From Convolutriloba macropyga (taxonomy: Eukaryota): 64,000 nt of DNA. The translations under genes and the position numbers were made by a program. The notes under the pieces are model-generated. The model searched no databases, had not been told where the DNA came from, and saw only the letters and a list, made by a program, of their open reading frames with translations. This document shows positions 1 to 12,179 of this stretch, in pieces (within the stretch, counting starts at the first letter, position 1; every line of letters starts with the position of its first letter). Where the stretch lies: assembly GCF_964194025.1 (NCBI RefSeq), contig NC_134481.1, forward strand, positions 47,988,001 to 48,052,000, read 5' to 3'.

Positions 1-496
1 CATTATGCTTAATTGTGTAAAGTAAAACTAAAGCATAGAAGATTACTTCTAAACACTATAAACAGCTGAAAACGACTTCAAGATTAGGAATATGGTCAAA
101 AAGCTAGAGAAAATCAAGCGACCGCGTGAAGATCAATTGGTGACAAGACAAAAAAACTTCCGACAATGACTTAGCCAAAATAAGTCCACCAATCGAAGAA
201 ACACCACGAGTCGATGACATCAAAAACTTGAAGCAGCAAAAATTCTGAACAATTAGAAGGCAACTGAAGTTCAATTAGATATCAAAGCACGAATTGATAT
301 TCATAATTTATAAATTTGAATATACAGATATGCAGCAAACTCTGAAATATCACGGCTACATTAGACATTTTTGGGCAGAAACTGGAAAGCATTTGGCACT
401 GAAAAAATTGTATTATAGCTCTTGTCACTTATTTTACCAAGTAAAGATAACCGACTACCGTTTGACTTTCCGCTCTCGAATGAAGCAATCGTAAAC

Positions 497-885
497 ATAA
501 CCGACTAACGACGGGCGAATGGCTTTCAAACGAATGACGAGCGGTTGGCTTCGTCAGAAGCTGCAGTCTAAAGAGGCTTGCTTTAGTTTAACTGAAGGGC
601 GCGTGGGGTGATCCTGGGGGAGGCGAGGGGAGCGCGCGGTTGGGGTCAATCATATAAGAACTGCCCTTTAAGCTACGAAGTTTCGGCGAATCGCACAATT
701 AGAGACCAGTAAGCCGTAAGGCTCGAAGCGAACTTGATGCCTCCGCGCGCTAACACTTGATCGCGTTTTTGAAAAGCATCAGATGAGAAAAAGATCAAGC
801 GAAAAATCGCTAAAGACCACAGGACTATAATTTCTAATAACTTTGTTTGAGAGCAATAAGAAAGTTTACCAAAAAGTCGATTTAT
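497..885. repeat. Dispersed repeat family beginning ATAACCGACTA (copy A1; A2 at 3016-3404)
   Basis: Homologous to 7946-8390 (shared gagcggttggcttcgtcag, tgaaggg..gccctt stem, caagcgaaaaa, ttgagagcaa). Short copies at 447 and 7496. Confidence 0.75.
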
Positions 886-1334
886 TCGAAATTCGAAATA
901 TATGAGAAATGATTGCGACTCAATTTTGGGAGAAAACAAAATCTAATCAGAAAATAAATTAATGATTCAGAACTAAACAACGCTGAGCTCTGTTGCTAGC
1001 TCAATACTCATTCTTTGGATTTCAGTTAATGAAATACTTTGCGCATATTCAGTGTTAATATTGCAGTAAACCTACACCTAGTAGCGCGTCTAACTGAGTT
1101 CTTCAGCTGCAAGAATTTGAAAGCACATTGCTGTAATAGCTGCAAAAGAATAGACTTGCGTGCCGTATAATAGACACAGAAACATAAAATTGAAAAAGTT
1201 ATCGACGCCGACGAAATTAAAAAAGTTATCGACGCCGCCCAAAGAGCTATGTTGAAAAATATTCAGCGATCAATTAAAAAAGCTTGTTAAAATTCCTTGC
1301 GCGGAAGCCTTTCCATTAGGAACCTTTAGTACAC

Positions 1335-1369
1335 AGTTTAAAGTCAGGAACTCATCCTGACTTTAAACT
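1335..1369. repeat. Perfect 15-bp inverted repeat hairpin (duplicated at 3863-3897)
   Basis: agtttaaagtcagga-actca-tcctgactttaaact. Confidence 0.9.
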
Positions 1370-4300
1370 AATTCAAATTTCGAAGTGTAAAAGTCAAATT
1401 CATTGAGTCACGTATGATCAAAATCTGATCACGCAACTGAGCTGAAAACGATGGTTAAAAGTGTGAGAAATGACGTCAAGCGCAAATTCCGTAAGTGAGA
1501 GGCAGAAGTCATGCAGAATTTTTTTCTTCAGCTTTGCTGTGTGAACAAATATAAAACCAAAAAGAGCGTCAAACGACGAAACAAAAAACATTGCCGGAAG
1601 ACTTCCAGAAGCGACTCGAAGCGTCGGAGCCTCAAAGAAAACCGTAATTTCAACTGAATTGCCTTTTGTCTTAAATCATTAACTCGTTACCTCACCAGAT
1701 TTGATTTAAGATGGAACCTACATCACTGTTACCACGAGAACTACTTCAGCTTTGGAGTTATTGAAGCAAGTTAAAATATAAACAATTACAATATCATTCA
1801 GTAAATATATAGAAGGCAAAAAATACAACATAAAAATTTTGACAGAAAAACTCAATGAAATCATGATGCCGCAAAACTTTGTAACTGAACAGATTTGGTA
1901 ATTTTGGAAAAATAGACTAAATTCTTAGGATAGTCCAATAATGCTCAAAAAACTGCTCGGAAATTTTTTTTCCATGATCAAGATTCTGATCTAGAAAAGA
2001 AAGAACTCGGAAATCAACTGTATTACACAAAGACATTACAAACGCATACGGCAGATAAAATTCTCAGAACCAAAACCCAATTTTTCATAATACAAAAATT
2101 TAGACCTCCAAATACCACTACTTTTATCGGTTTAGAGTCACAGCAATTAAGACAAAAATAGGATAAATTTCAGTCTTTCACTTTTTCTGAAGATATATAA
2201 GGAATTATACAATTGCAAAACTTAAAGCATAGACTGCAAATTGCCGAAAAAAGCCGCCACTGACCCGCTTGGCGCACATTGACTGAAACAGAAAATTAAG
2301 AGATGAAATTGAAGAAACTCCCGAAGTGTCAAAGTTCTTAATTGGTGTATATTCTGCATATTGGATTAGATTCTACTATTACACTTAATTCAGCTTCTCA
2401 ACTGAAGGCTATTAAGGATAATACTAATGCCAGCTCGCAACCGGTTTAATAAATTTTGATAACCTTATGCACTATGACATAGTGACCGGTCTTTATCGGT
2501 TTCTCCCGTTCCGTTTGCTCTTTTAAACTTGACCATACTCACTACATTACGTAATTCAATACATAAAAGAATTAAAAATTCATTCAGTTGAAACAATGAG
2601 TGAAGTAAGTCCGAAGTTAAGCGCGAAAATCATGACTTATGTAAAACGAAAAACGTGATCAAAAGGTGAAGCGAATTAAAAAAAGGAGAGCGCCTAAATC
2701 CAAACAGAAAAAAGAAAAACTGGACAAAAACTCCCAAAATCAGATTAACATGTGTACATTGTAAAACTAAAAGAACGAACGAAAAAGACCCGAAAATGAA
2801 ACTGACGAAAAAATTGTGAAGTATGTGCCCATTTGAAACGCATTAGCAAGCTCCCAAAAACACCGTGGTAGGAATTGGCGATGGTCACATTTCAAACCAG
2901 GTATCGAATAAAAAATTTTATCAAACTAAATTAAAAGTAGGGCCGATAGGACAAAAAACTGCCTAAAAACGGTTATCTATATGCACCATTCTGTCAAAAT
3001 GAAGCAATCGTAAACATAACCGACTAACGACGGGCGAATGGCTTTCAAACGAATGACGAGCGGTTGGCTTCGTCAGAAGCTGCAGTCTAAAGAGGCTTGC
3101 TTTAGTTTAATTGAAGGGCGCGTGGGGTGATCCTGGGGGAGGCGAGGGGAGCGCGCGGTTGGGGTCAATCATATAAGAACTGCCCTTTAAGCTACGAAGT
3201 TTCGGCGAATCGCACAATTAGAGACCAGTAAGCCGTAAGGCTCGAAGCGAACTTGATGCCTCCGCGCGCTAACACTTGATCGCGTTTTTGAAAAGCATCA
3301 GATGAGAAAAAGATCAAGCGAAAAATCGCTAAAGACCACAGGACTATAATTTCTAATAACTTTGTTTGAGAGCAATAAGAAAGTTTACCAAAAAGTCGAT
3401 TTATTCGAAATTCGAAATATATGAGAAATGATTGCGACTCAATTTTGGGAGAAAACAAAATCTAATCAGAAAATAACTTAATGATTCAGAACTAAACAAC
3501 GCTGAGCTCTGTTGCTAGCTCAATACTCATTCTTTGGATTTCAGTTAATGAAATACTTTGCGCATATTCAGTGTTAATATTGCAGTAAACTTACACCTAG
3601 TAGCGCGTCTAACTGAGTTCTTCAGCTGCAAGAATTTGAAAGCATAGCCAGCACATTGCTGTAATAGCTGCAAAAGAATAGACTTGCGTGCCGTATAATA
3701 GACACAGAAACATAAAATTGAAAAAGTTATCGACGCCGACGAAATTAAAAAAGTTATCGACGCCGCCCAAAGAGCTATGTTGAAAAATATTCAGCGATCA
3801 ATTAAAAAAGCTTGTTAAAATTCCTTGCGCGGAAGCCTTTCCATTAGGAACCTTTAGTACACAGTTTAAAGTCAGGAACTCATCCTGACTTTAAACTAAT
3901 TCAAATTTCGAAGTGTAAAAGTCAAATTCATTGAGTCACGTATGATCAAAATCTGATCACGCAACTGAGCTGAAAACGATGGTTAAAAGTGTGAGAAATG
4001 ACGTCAAGCGCAAATTCCGTAAGTGAGAGGCAGAAGTCATGCAGAATTTTTTTTCTTCAGCTTTGCTGTGTGAACAAATATAAAACCAAAAAGAGCGTCA
4101 AACGACGAAACAAAAAACATTGCCGGAAGACTTCCAGAAGCGACTCGAAGCGTCGGAGCCTCAAAGAAAACCGTAATTTCAACTGAATTGCCTTTTGTCT
4201 TAAATCATTAACTCGTTACCTCACCAGATTTGATTTAAGATGGAACCTACATCACTGTTACCACGAGAACTACTTCAGCTTTGGAGTTATTGAAGCAAGT

Positions 4301-6020
4301 TAAAATATAAACAATTACAATATCATTCAGTAAATATATAGAAGGCAAAAAATACACAACATAAAAATTTTGACAGAAAAACTCAATGAAATCATGATGC
4401 CGCAAAACTTTGTAACTGAACAGATTTGGTAATTTTGGAAAAATAGACTAAATTCTTAGGATAGTCCAATAATGCTCAAAAAACTGCTCGGAAATTTTTT
4501 TTCCATGATCAAGATTCTGATCTAGAAAAGAAAGAACTCGGAAATCAACTGTATTACACAAAGACATTACAAACGCATACGGCAGATAAAATTCTCAGAA
4601 CCAAAACCCAATTTTTCATAATACAAAAATTTAGACCTCCAAATACCACTACTTTTATCGGTTTAGAGTCACAGCAATTAAGACAAAAATAGGATAAATT
4701 TCGGTCTTTCACTTTTTCTGAAGATATATAAGGAATTATACAATTGCAAAACTTAAAGCATAGACTGCAAATTGCCGAAAAAAGCCGCCACTGACCCGCT
4801 TGGCGCACATTGACTGAAACAGAAAATTAAGAGATGAAATTGAAGAAACTCCCGAAGTGTCAAAGTTCTTAATTGGTGTATATTCTTCATATTGGATTAG
4901 ATTCTACTATTACACTTAATTCAGCTTCTCAACTGAAGGCTATTAAGGATAATACTAATGCCAGCTCGCAACCGGTTTAATAAATTTTGATAACCTTATG
5001 CACTATGACATAGTGACCGGTCTTTATCGGTTTCTCCCGTTCCGTTTGCTCTTTTAAACTTGACCATACTCACTACATTACGTAATTCAATACATAAAAG
5101 AATAAAAAATTCATTCAGTTGAAACAATGAGTGAAGTAAGTCCGAAGTTAAGCGCGAAAATCATGACTTATGTAAAACGAAAAACGTGATCAAAAGGTGA
5201 AGCGAATTAAAAAAAGGAGAGCGCCTAAATCCAAACAGAAAAAAGAAAAACTGGACAAAAACTCCCAAAATCAGATTAACATGTGTACATTGTAAAACTA
5301 AAAGAACGAACGAAAAAGACCCGAAAATGAAACTGACGAAAAAATTGTGAAGTATGTGCCCATTTGAAACGCATTAGCAAGCTCCCAAAAACACCGTGGT
5401 AGGAATTGGCGATGGTCACATTTCAAACCAGGTATCGAATAAAAAATTTTATCAAACTAAATTAAAAGTAGGGCCGATAGGACAAAAAACTGCCTAAAAA
5501 CGGTTATCTATATGCACCATTCTGTCAAAAACAATTTTCAAAGTCGAAAAGTCATCACTGTGCGCAGCGCATGATCAAAAATCTTCTCTCGCTCCTCGCT
5601 AACACAATATTAGTTCACACGACAAGTTTACACACTTTCGCTTTTAGGTCAAAACGCCGTCTGAACGAATAGTACCTCCGGTAAAAAAACCTAAAGAAAA
5701 CCAACAATCCTCTTTGAGTGGTAAAAAAAACCAAGAGCATCGCAATATAGCTCCGCACAGTTTACAGCTATTAAAAACATGAAAATTAGCGCCTCTATTG
5801 TCGATTAAAAATGAATACAACGGATTGAAACAATGCCAACTTTCGGATTAATACATAACGAATCAATTGTCGATTGGTCCATAAGTTTTATAAGAAGGAT
5901 TGTATGGACTAGTACAAAAATGTCATGTAGCTGGCAAATTACACAGCCCATTGCCGTCCGTAAAATCTATGCGGTTTTCTATGCCAGTAAGATTCAAAGC
6001 GATAACTTAGTGGAACTGAC

Positions 6021-6795
6021 CAAGAAATCCTCGTTGTTGCTCTCCTTGTTCTTGATGTCGGTGAGAATTTCTCCGGGCTCTACTTTGAACTGATACTCAT
6101 TGCCATCCTGGTCGATGACATTGACATAGCTATCGTCATCATCCAAATGAGTGAATTGGAAGTCAGTGCGCTTCACATTGGGCACATTCATGTTGTGGGT
6201 CGATGGACAAATGTCCTCCAACTTCTTACCAGTGAACAGATCAATACCAACCAAGTGTACCTAAATTTACACCCATCCCATAGCGGCAAATAAATGACCT
6301 TCTACAAGCCAGTCCCTTAGACGTGCAGTTTGAGCCCAATTCGAGCGTTATGCTTGCACGTTATGATAAAGTTAACGTAGCACGTGCTAGTTCGGGGTGC
6401 ACATATGCTTACCACAGTCTGTGCGTGCGTGCTTGTATTTGGGGCGCGTCGGAGGTAAATATAGAACACAATTTAAAACATTATTTAGCTACCAATTACT
6501 GTAACCACACCTTTAAAACCTTCGAATTTTCTATCAGTTTCTATGGTTCAAAAATTCTGGAGAACAGTTCTGATTCGACATTTCTGGGAAGTCTTCACCA
6601 AATACTGTAGTTCAAAGGCATTACTTTAGCGTGTCCGTGCTTTCCAGTTTTAGAAGTGCTCATTTCCACAATTTTGCATGGACGGTCCTTGATCATCACG
6701 TGGCCATTTTTGCGGAGGGCACTGCATTGCATGGGATAAGTTTCTGAAGCTCCAGCTCCAACTTCATCAAAATTCTGATCTTCAATATCGCCCAT
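6021..6795 (-). CDS. eIF5A: Eukaryotic translation initiation factor 5A, coding exons 6795-6625 and 6260-6021 (137 codons); last short coding exon not located
   Basis: Hypusination motif [12 protein letters not shown], followed after splicing by [28 protein letters not shown] intron 6624-6261. Donor TTG|GTCAGT at 6020. 5'-UTR acceptor ttcag|gtagagacATG at 6804. Confidence 0.97.
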
Positions 6796-7945
6796 GTCTC
6801 TACCTGAAATTCAGTATTTTCAAATATTAAACTCCGATTGCTTTTATAAAACAGTTAAAATCAGTTATTATTGGTTTAAGCACTATTTACATACTCAAAG
6901 TGCTGTACAAGATTTCTTAGAACAAAGTTTCTAGCTTCTTTCTGAAGGCGTTTTCTTGGTAAACGTTTAGTTTCAAAAGGAAGTCGATTCTATTCGTGAG
7001 GGACTGCAAAACTGAAACATTGTTAACATATAAATAGTTAAACTATTAAGATTTGTTGAAATGCTTACTACCACGTTGTGAAAATCGAAAACGCGTAATA
7101 AACGACACTCAGATGCTCCGAAATTTTAAGTCGCGTTAAATTTAATATCAATTCTGTCTCAGTCAACCAGTAAAAAAACAGCTCGTTGAAAAACTATTTA
7201 CGCCAAATAGAATCATGTCCACCATTAAAATATCGAATGCAGCAGATATGAATTTAGCAAATCAACTGAACAAACCTCAAAAATCCTGACTGCTTAGGTT
7301 CAGTTTACGCGAAAAGTTTAAAACCTCGTATCACTCAATGTAACACTTTCTTGAATTGACCTGGATGAGTAGTTGTGCAACAGCCGAACCATATGAGTGA
7401 TTTTCGTTACTTTTGACGAAAAATCATCGAAAAAAAATCAAGCACAAAAACAATGAGAAAACAGGCTGCATCGGAGACAACGGTACTCTTGAAACATAAC
7501 CGACTAAAGTCAGAGGAACTGCTTTCGGACTAGTGGGAGCTGAAATCTATTGCAGCCTGTTTCAGCCGGGGGTTATACTAAAACTTGAAATGAAAAAAAC
7601 AATTTGCCAATTTCGGCGCAATTCAGTTGTTTTGGATGTTGTTTCCGCAGGCACCTAAAAGCAGGTAATATAGGAGACTATTTTTGCAACGAGTCACCAA
7701 TTGATCCACTAAATAACAACTCTAATTTATCTTAATAACCAGTCAGTGAAAATCACCATAAGCAATCAAGCAGCAATTGCAGAACTTGCAACCAGCGAAA
7801 TAAGGAGCAAAGAAAAAGCGAGTATTGCAACAAAACCTTGCATTTAACAGAATGCACAGATTCGCACCGGAAAATTATCCTATTCAAGCTAGCTTTACAT
7901 TTGCTTCACGTATAAATCAATCGTGTACAAAAGAACAATCCTTCC

Positions 7946-8390
7946 ATAACCGACTAACGTCGGGCAAATTGCTCTCAAACGACCGGCGAGCGGTTGGCTT
8001 CGTCAGTAGCTAGCCACGGTTTAGTAAGGCTAGCTTTAGATTAATTGAAGGGGCGTAAGGTGAGCGCAGCAGGGGTGCACCGCAGCGGAGGTGCAAAAGT
8101 GGATTGGGGGACTGATGTGGCGGTGGGTGGGTTTTGGTGTGGGATCAATTTCTAAGAACCGCCCTTCACACCGTGAGTATGAGTCTCCAAAACAGCTTCT
8201 GTCAGTCGCATATTTGAAGACCAGTGGGCTGAACTGCTCGAAGAGAACTTTATCCCGTTTCCGAAGACGAAAGTCAAATGGGTCATACGAAAAAGCGGCC
8301 AAGCGAAAAACTGCATAAAAGAGAAACAGGAAAAATACATTTACCACAAATTGCTTTTGAGAGCAAATAACAATGATCTCCTAAAAAGTG
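7946..8390. repeat. Diverged copy B of the ATAACCGACTA repeat family
   Basis: Colinear similarity with 497-885, with conserved stem-forming segments. Confidence 0.75.
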
Positions 8391-8405
8391 GCGGTTAAAT
8401 CATTT

Positions 8406-9177
8406 ATGATTAAAATATTTCCACTAACTCATTGTTAATGAGGGTCAGAGATGATGACATTGCGCCAAATAACAGCAGCTGAAGTGCGGCATCAACGAAG
8501 AGAGTGAGAGAGATAAAACGTGTACGAGAAAGAGAAGGAAAGAAACCCTAACCGACAGTGAGAGACAGGAATATTTTCCATGATGCGATTCGACTCTGCA
8601 ACTTCTAGTTTTCTAGCCTTGTTAGTAAATAAATCAGAAAAAACTGAAAAAGGCAAAATTAGAAAGTTTTCAACTTCGCGGTAAAAAAGCTTACAGCCAT
8701 TTGTCTCAAAAGTTCTGTCAAGTAACCCATCTTCAAGACATAAAAGATTAATTGGCCAGTAATGGTAGTTAAATTCAGAAAAGGACAAAAAATGATTAAA
8801 GTGATTTCCACTAACTCATTGTTAATGAGGGTCAGAGATGATGACATTGCGCCAAATAACAGCAGCTGAAGTGCGGCATCAACGAAGAGTGAGAGAGATA
8901 AAACGTGTACGAGAAAGAGAAGGAAAGAAACCCTAACCGACAGTGAGAGACAGGAATATTTTCCATGATGCGATTCGACTCTGCAACTTCTAGTTTTCTA
9001 GCCTTGTTAGTAAATAAATCAGAAAAAACTGAAAAGGGCAAAATTAGAAAGTTTTCAACTTCGCGGTAAATAAGCTTACAGCCATTTGTCTCAAAAGTTC
9101 TGTCAAGTAACCCATCTTCAAGACATAAAAGATTAATTGGCCAGTAATGGTAGTTAAATTCAGAAAAGGACAAAAAA
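8406..9177. repeat. Tandem duplication, unit ~387 bp
   Basis: ccactaactcattgttaatgagggtcagag at 8421 and 8808; duplicated spurious ORFs at 8492-8788 and 8832-9173. Confidence 0.95.
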
Positions 9178-9179
9178 TT

Positions 9180-9880
9180 GTGGAAACTGCAAATTTTAAC
9201 AAAATCTCGCTAAAATTCAAGATAATAGTATCTTAGGAACCATTTCCTTGTGTCAATTACATCTAGAAATCATACAGTAACCTATTTTCAAACTCTAGAG
9301 GAGGTTCCATGGCTCTTGAGGCTGAAAAAACCTTAAAAAAAACAAACATTTCAAAAAACTTGAAAAAAAGCAAGTTTTATCACAAAAATGCTAAAATTTG
9401 TGACATTAAGTTGAAAAGCTATTCAAAAAATCTATATTTGTCAGTATTTTTATTATCAAACCCCTTAGGAGGCTTTCTAGCCCCTGGGTCTGGAAAGACC
9501 TGAATAAGGAAAAATAGATGTCAAAAAATTTGTAAATTGCACGTTTTGTCAAAAAATGAAAAATTTGTGATGTTAAAACGTTGAAACAATTCCATTACCA
9601 CTGGAAACTATGCAGTAACCTATTATCAAAACCTAGAGAAGGTTCCTTGACACCTAGGGCTATAATAAAAATCAAAATTTTCAAAAGCCCGAAAAAAATT
9701 GCAAAAGTATAAATTTGCGTGTTTTTAGCGAGCGATTGTTCCTTAGTAGCTACAAACGGGGGGGGGGGGGGGGGATTACCGCAGGATGGATTACCGGATG
9801 AATGAAAGAGCGGTTGTTCCTTAGTAGCTACAAACGGGGGGGGGATTACCGCAGGATGGATTACCGGATGAATGAAAGAA
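9180..9880. repeat. Degenerate ~170-bp tandem repeat plus a 2x ~77-bp repeat with poly-G; probably part of a non-autonomous element
   Basis: aaac(c/t)ctagaggaggttcc-like motifs near 9291, 9460 and 9630; ttgttccttagtagctacaaacg(n)attaccgcaggatggattaccggatgaatgaaaga occurs twice in 9736-9879. Confidence 0.7.
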
Positions 9881-10399
9881 TGCATTCTGACAATCAAGAA
9901 ATTGAAAAAATTCCTGATCTGAAATCGGATAAGCTATTAAGTAGAATACAAATACTTGGTCAGGGGCGACTCACGTACTTTCATAGAATTAAAGAGGTTT
10001 CTTAAAATCAGCAGTACGTCTAAAGGATAACGATTACCTAGTACTCAAGCCAAATCATCAAAATGCATTTCTCAAGACTGGAGAAGTTAGGGAACTTAGA
10101 AAATTTCAGCTTAATAAAAAATCGATTTTGTCCCAAATTGCTTTCAACTTAGCTAGGGTAGGAACCTAGAGGGCAACATTGGCCCGTCCTCTCCGAGATA
10201 GTCTGGTGAATTTTCTATGTATAAAATTTCTTTAGAGGAATAAATTCTTTCTTTCTAAGCCCTGAGATTAAACGCCAGAGGAACTGAAAACAGAAAACAA
10301 TTTGCTTCGCAAAAGACGTAAAACATTAAATATGAGAGCTTACTTCAAATAGACGTACGTCTCACACATCTAAAGTTGAATCGAAGATGTACTAACATC

Positions 10400-12179
10400 T
10401 AACAAGGCAACTTAATGGAAGTCAAACAATGACCTCGTACCAAACTACACTATCAAAAAGACATGGGTAAATCAAATCCACAATATCTGATCCCCGACAG
10501 ATGGACACTCTCGAAGTTATAAATCTTTTTTTGCAAAACAACAACCACAGAAGAGCACAGCAGCATCAGCGTATTACTCCTGGTGAATAATTCACCCAAA
10601 TATTAGTTGGAATCAAATGATGTTCAGCGACGAACATGAAAAAGCAATTCTTGAGCTTCAATCGAAATCAACTCAAATTCAAAACATTGTTGTATTCGTC
10701 AGCAGTCCGGATCCATCGATCCTACCAACTGATGAAAGCTTAACAATCACACAGTATTAACACAGAAAAACAAACCTGTTTCTCATCACAAACCTATTGT
10801 AGCGCGACCTATAGCTCGAAAAGCTGCGCATTCCGAGAACCGCTCCTCAGAAAACAAAATGGAAAACGTTGAATAAGGCCATCTTTAAAAATCTTCTCAA
10901 GACTTATTACTTCTGTAATTTCACGTCCTTGTAAAAATCTGCTATACTTGGCTCGGTAAACACCTCCATGGCCACATTCAAAAGAGCACACCATGGATCT
11001 CTTGATCTACTACATATCTTATTACAAAACCGGCAATTGAAAACCATCAGCCAAATTCCAACCTTCCCAGAGAAAGGATCCAGTAACTTCCTAAATGGTT
11101 TAAATCTGGACAAAAGCGCCCTGAAATAATTGTAGACGAAACTGACAGCCAAAGCTAACTTACTCCGTTGCGGTTTTAAGAGCGTTTTGACATTGAGAAT
11201 TTACGTCAAAATTGAATCGATAAACAAAGTCCAGCAAGATAGAAGATAGCGAAGGTAAAGTTTCAAACGCACTCAAAGTCTACAATTATAGTCCCGGCAT
11301 TATTGTTAAAACTATTTTGAAGTACTGCTCGGAAGTACATAGCTTAACTTTCAAATCATTGTAAAAAGGTTACTTTCCTCTGCACTGGAAGGTAAGTCAA
11401 GTTTCTCGAATCTTCAAATATGAAAAAAAAATGATGTTTGCTGTTACGGTCCAACTTCACTGTATTGTACTTTTGAGAATATTTCTGATCAATTACAGAA
11501 ATCTAGTCACGATAAATTACAAAAATCACCATATGTTTACAAAGCGCAGATCAACAGTTAGCCAGCTTCTAGTGTTTCTAGATTCGATTTATCATTAAAA
11601 CGACGACTAGCGAACTAACCGTTTGTATATCAATTTCGCAAAGGCCTTCGATAATACATAACTCGTTACAGATAGAAACTTGAAAGTCGGAGGAAAGCTA
11701 CTGCTCCCAACATCCTACTTAGAAAATTGGCGACAGCTGGCATAAATCTGATAACGAGTTCTCAAAATTGAAGCACGTGGCATATGATTTTCCTCACGTA
11801 CCAATACTTGGTACCCCTCATTTGCAATCTTTATGATTTGCCCACCTCATATCCTATCCTTCAATTAAAATTATGGTTTTGCTGATTATAAGCTACTAGC
11901 AACAATCAACCATTAACTTCAATTGGCAGCCACAGAACTTAAATGGTGAAACGACAACTGCGTGTAGGCAAACACGTCGTGTGAATTGCTCAATATTAAA
12001 AGGAACATCTCGGCAAGTCGAAATTCCTTATTACCTACAAACATGCAAAAGGAACTAGGCTTAAAGATCTCTCACCTGCTTTAAAGTGGAATGACAACCT
12101 TAGACTTAAAGGCAACTGAAGTTTTTCTTGTTAAAATGAAATATATCGCCAAAGGCAGCTCGGGTTCCAATACGAGCTA
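10400..12179 (+). pseudogene. Decayed non-LTR retrotransposon (CR1/L2-like) reverse transcriptase, truncated by the LTR insertion at 12180
   Basis: Broken-frame motifs: LYINFAKAFDN (~11625; D-F-x-K-A-F-D motif), ILG-P remnant (~11805), GFAD (~11876), KELGLKIS...KWND (~12050). Confidence 0.65.

Larger units (their letters stand above)
479..5530. repeat. Near-identical tandem duplication, unit ~2.52 kb (479-2998 / 2999-5530)
   Basis: Both units begin (a)atgaagcaatcgtaaacataaccgactaacg and end tatgcaccattctgtcaaaa. An identical 88-aa spurious ORF occurs at 673-939 and 3192-3458. Only a few SNPs and indels differ (e.g. a 9-bp insertion near 3645). Confidence 0.97.

Noticed and set aside
520-565. 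Hammerhead ribozyme on the minus strand (CTGACGA...GAAA)
   Set aside because: Stem II does not pair, and the diverged copy at ~7975 has GAGA instead of GAAA.
673-939. 88-aa ORF present twice (likewise the ORFs at 8492-9173)
   Set aside because: The identity comes from tandem duplication; non-ATG starts and no protein features.
5806-5967. ILRTAMG... as the last eIF5A exon
   Set aside because: Only AMG matches. The acceptor is weak, the acidic EE..K tail is missing and the frame runs on for more than 50 unrelated residues.
8544-8552. AAACCCTAA telomere-like motif
   Set aside because: A single unit per repeat copy; not an array.
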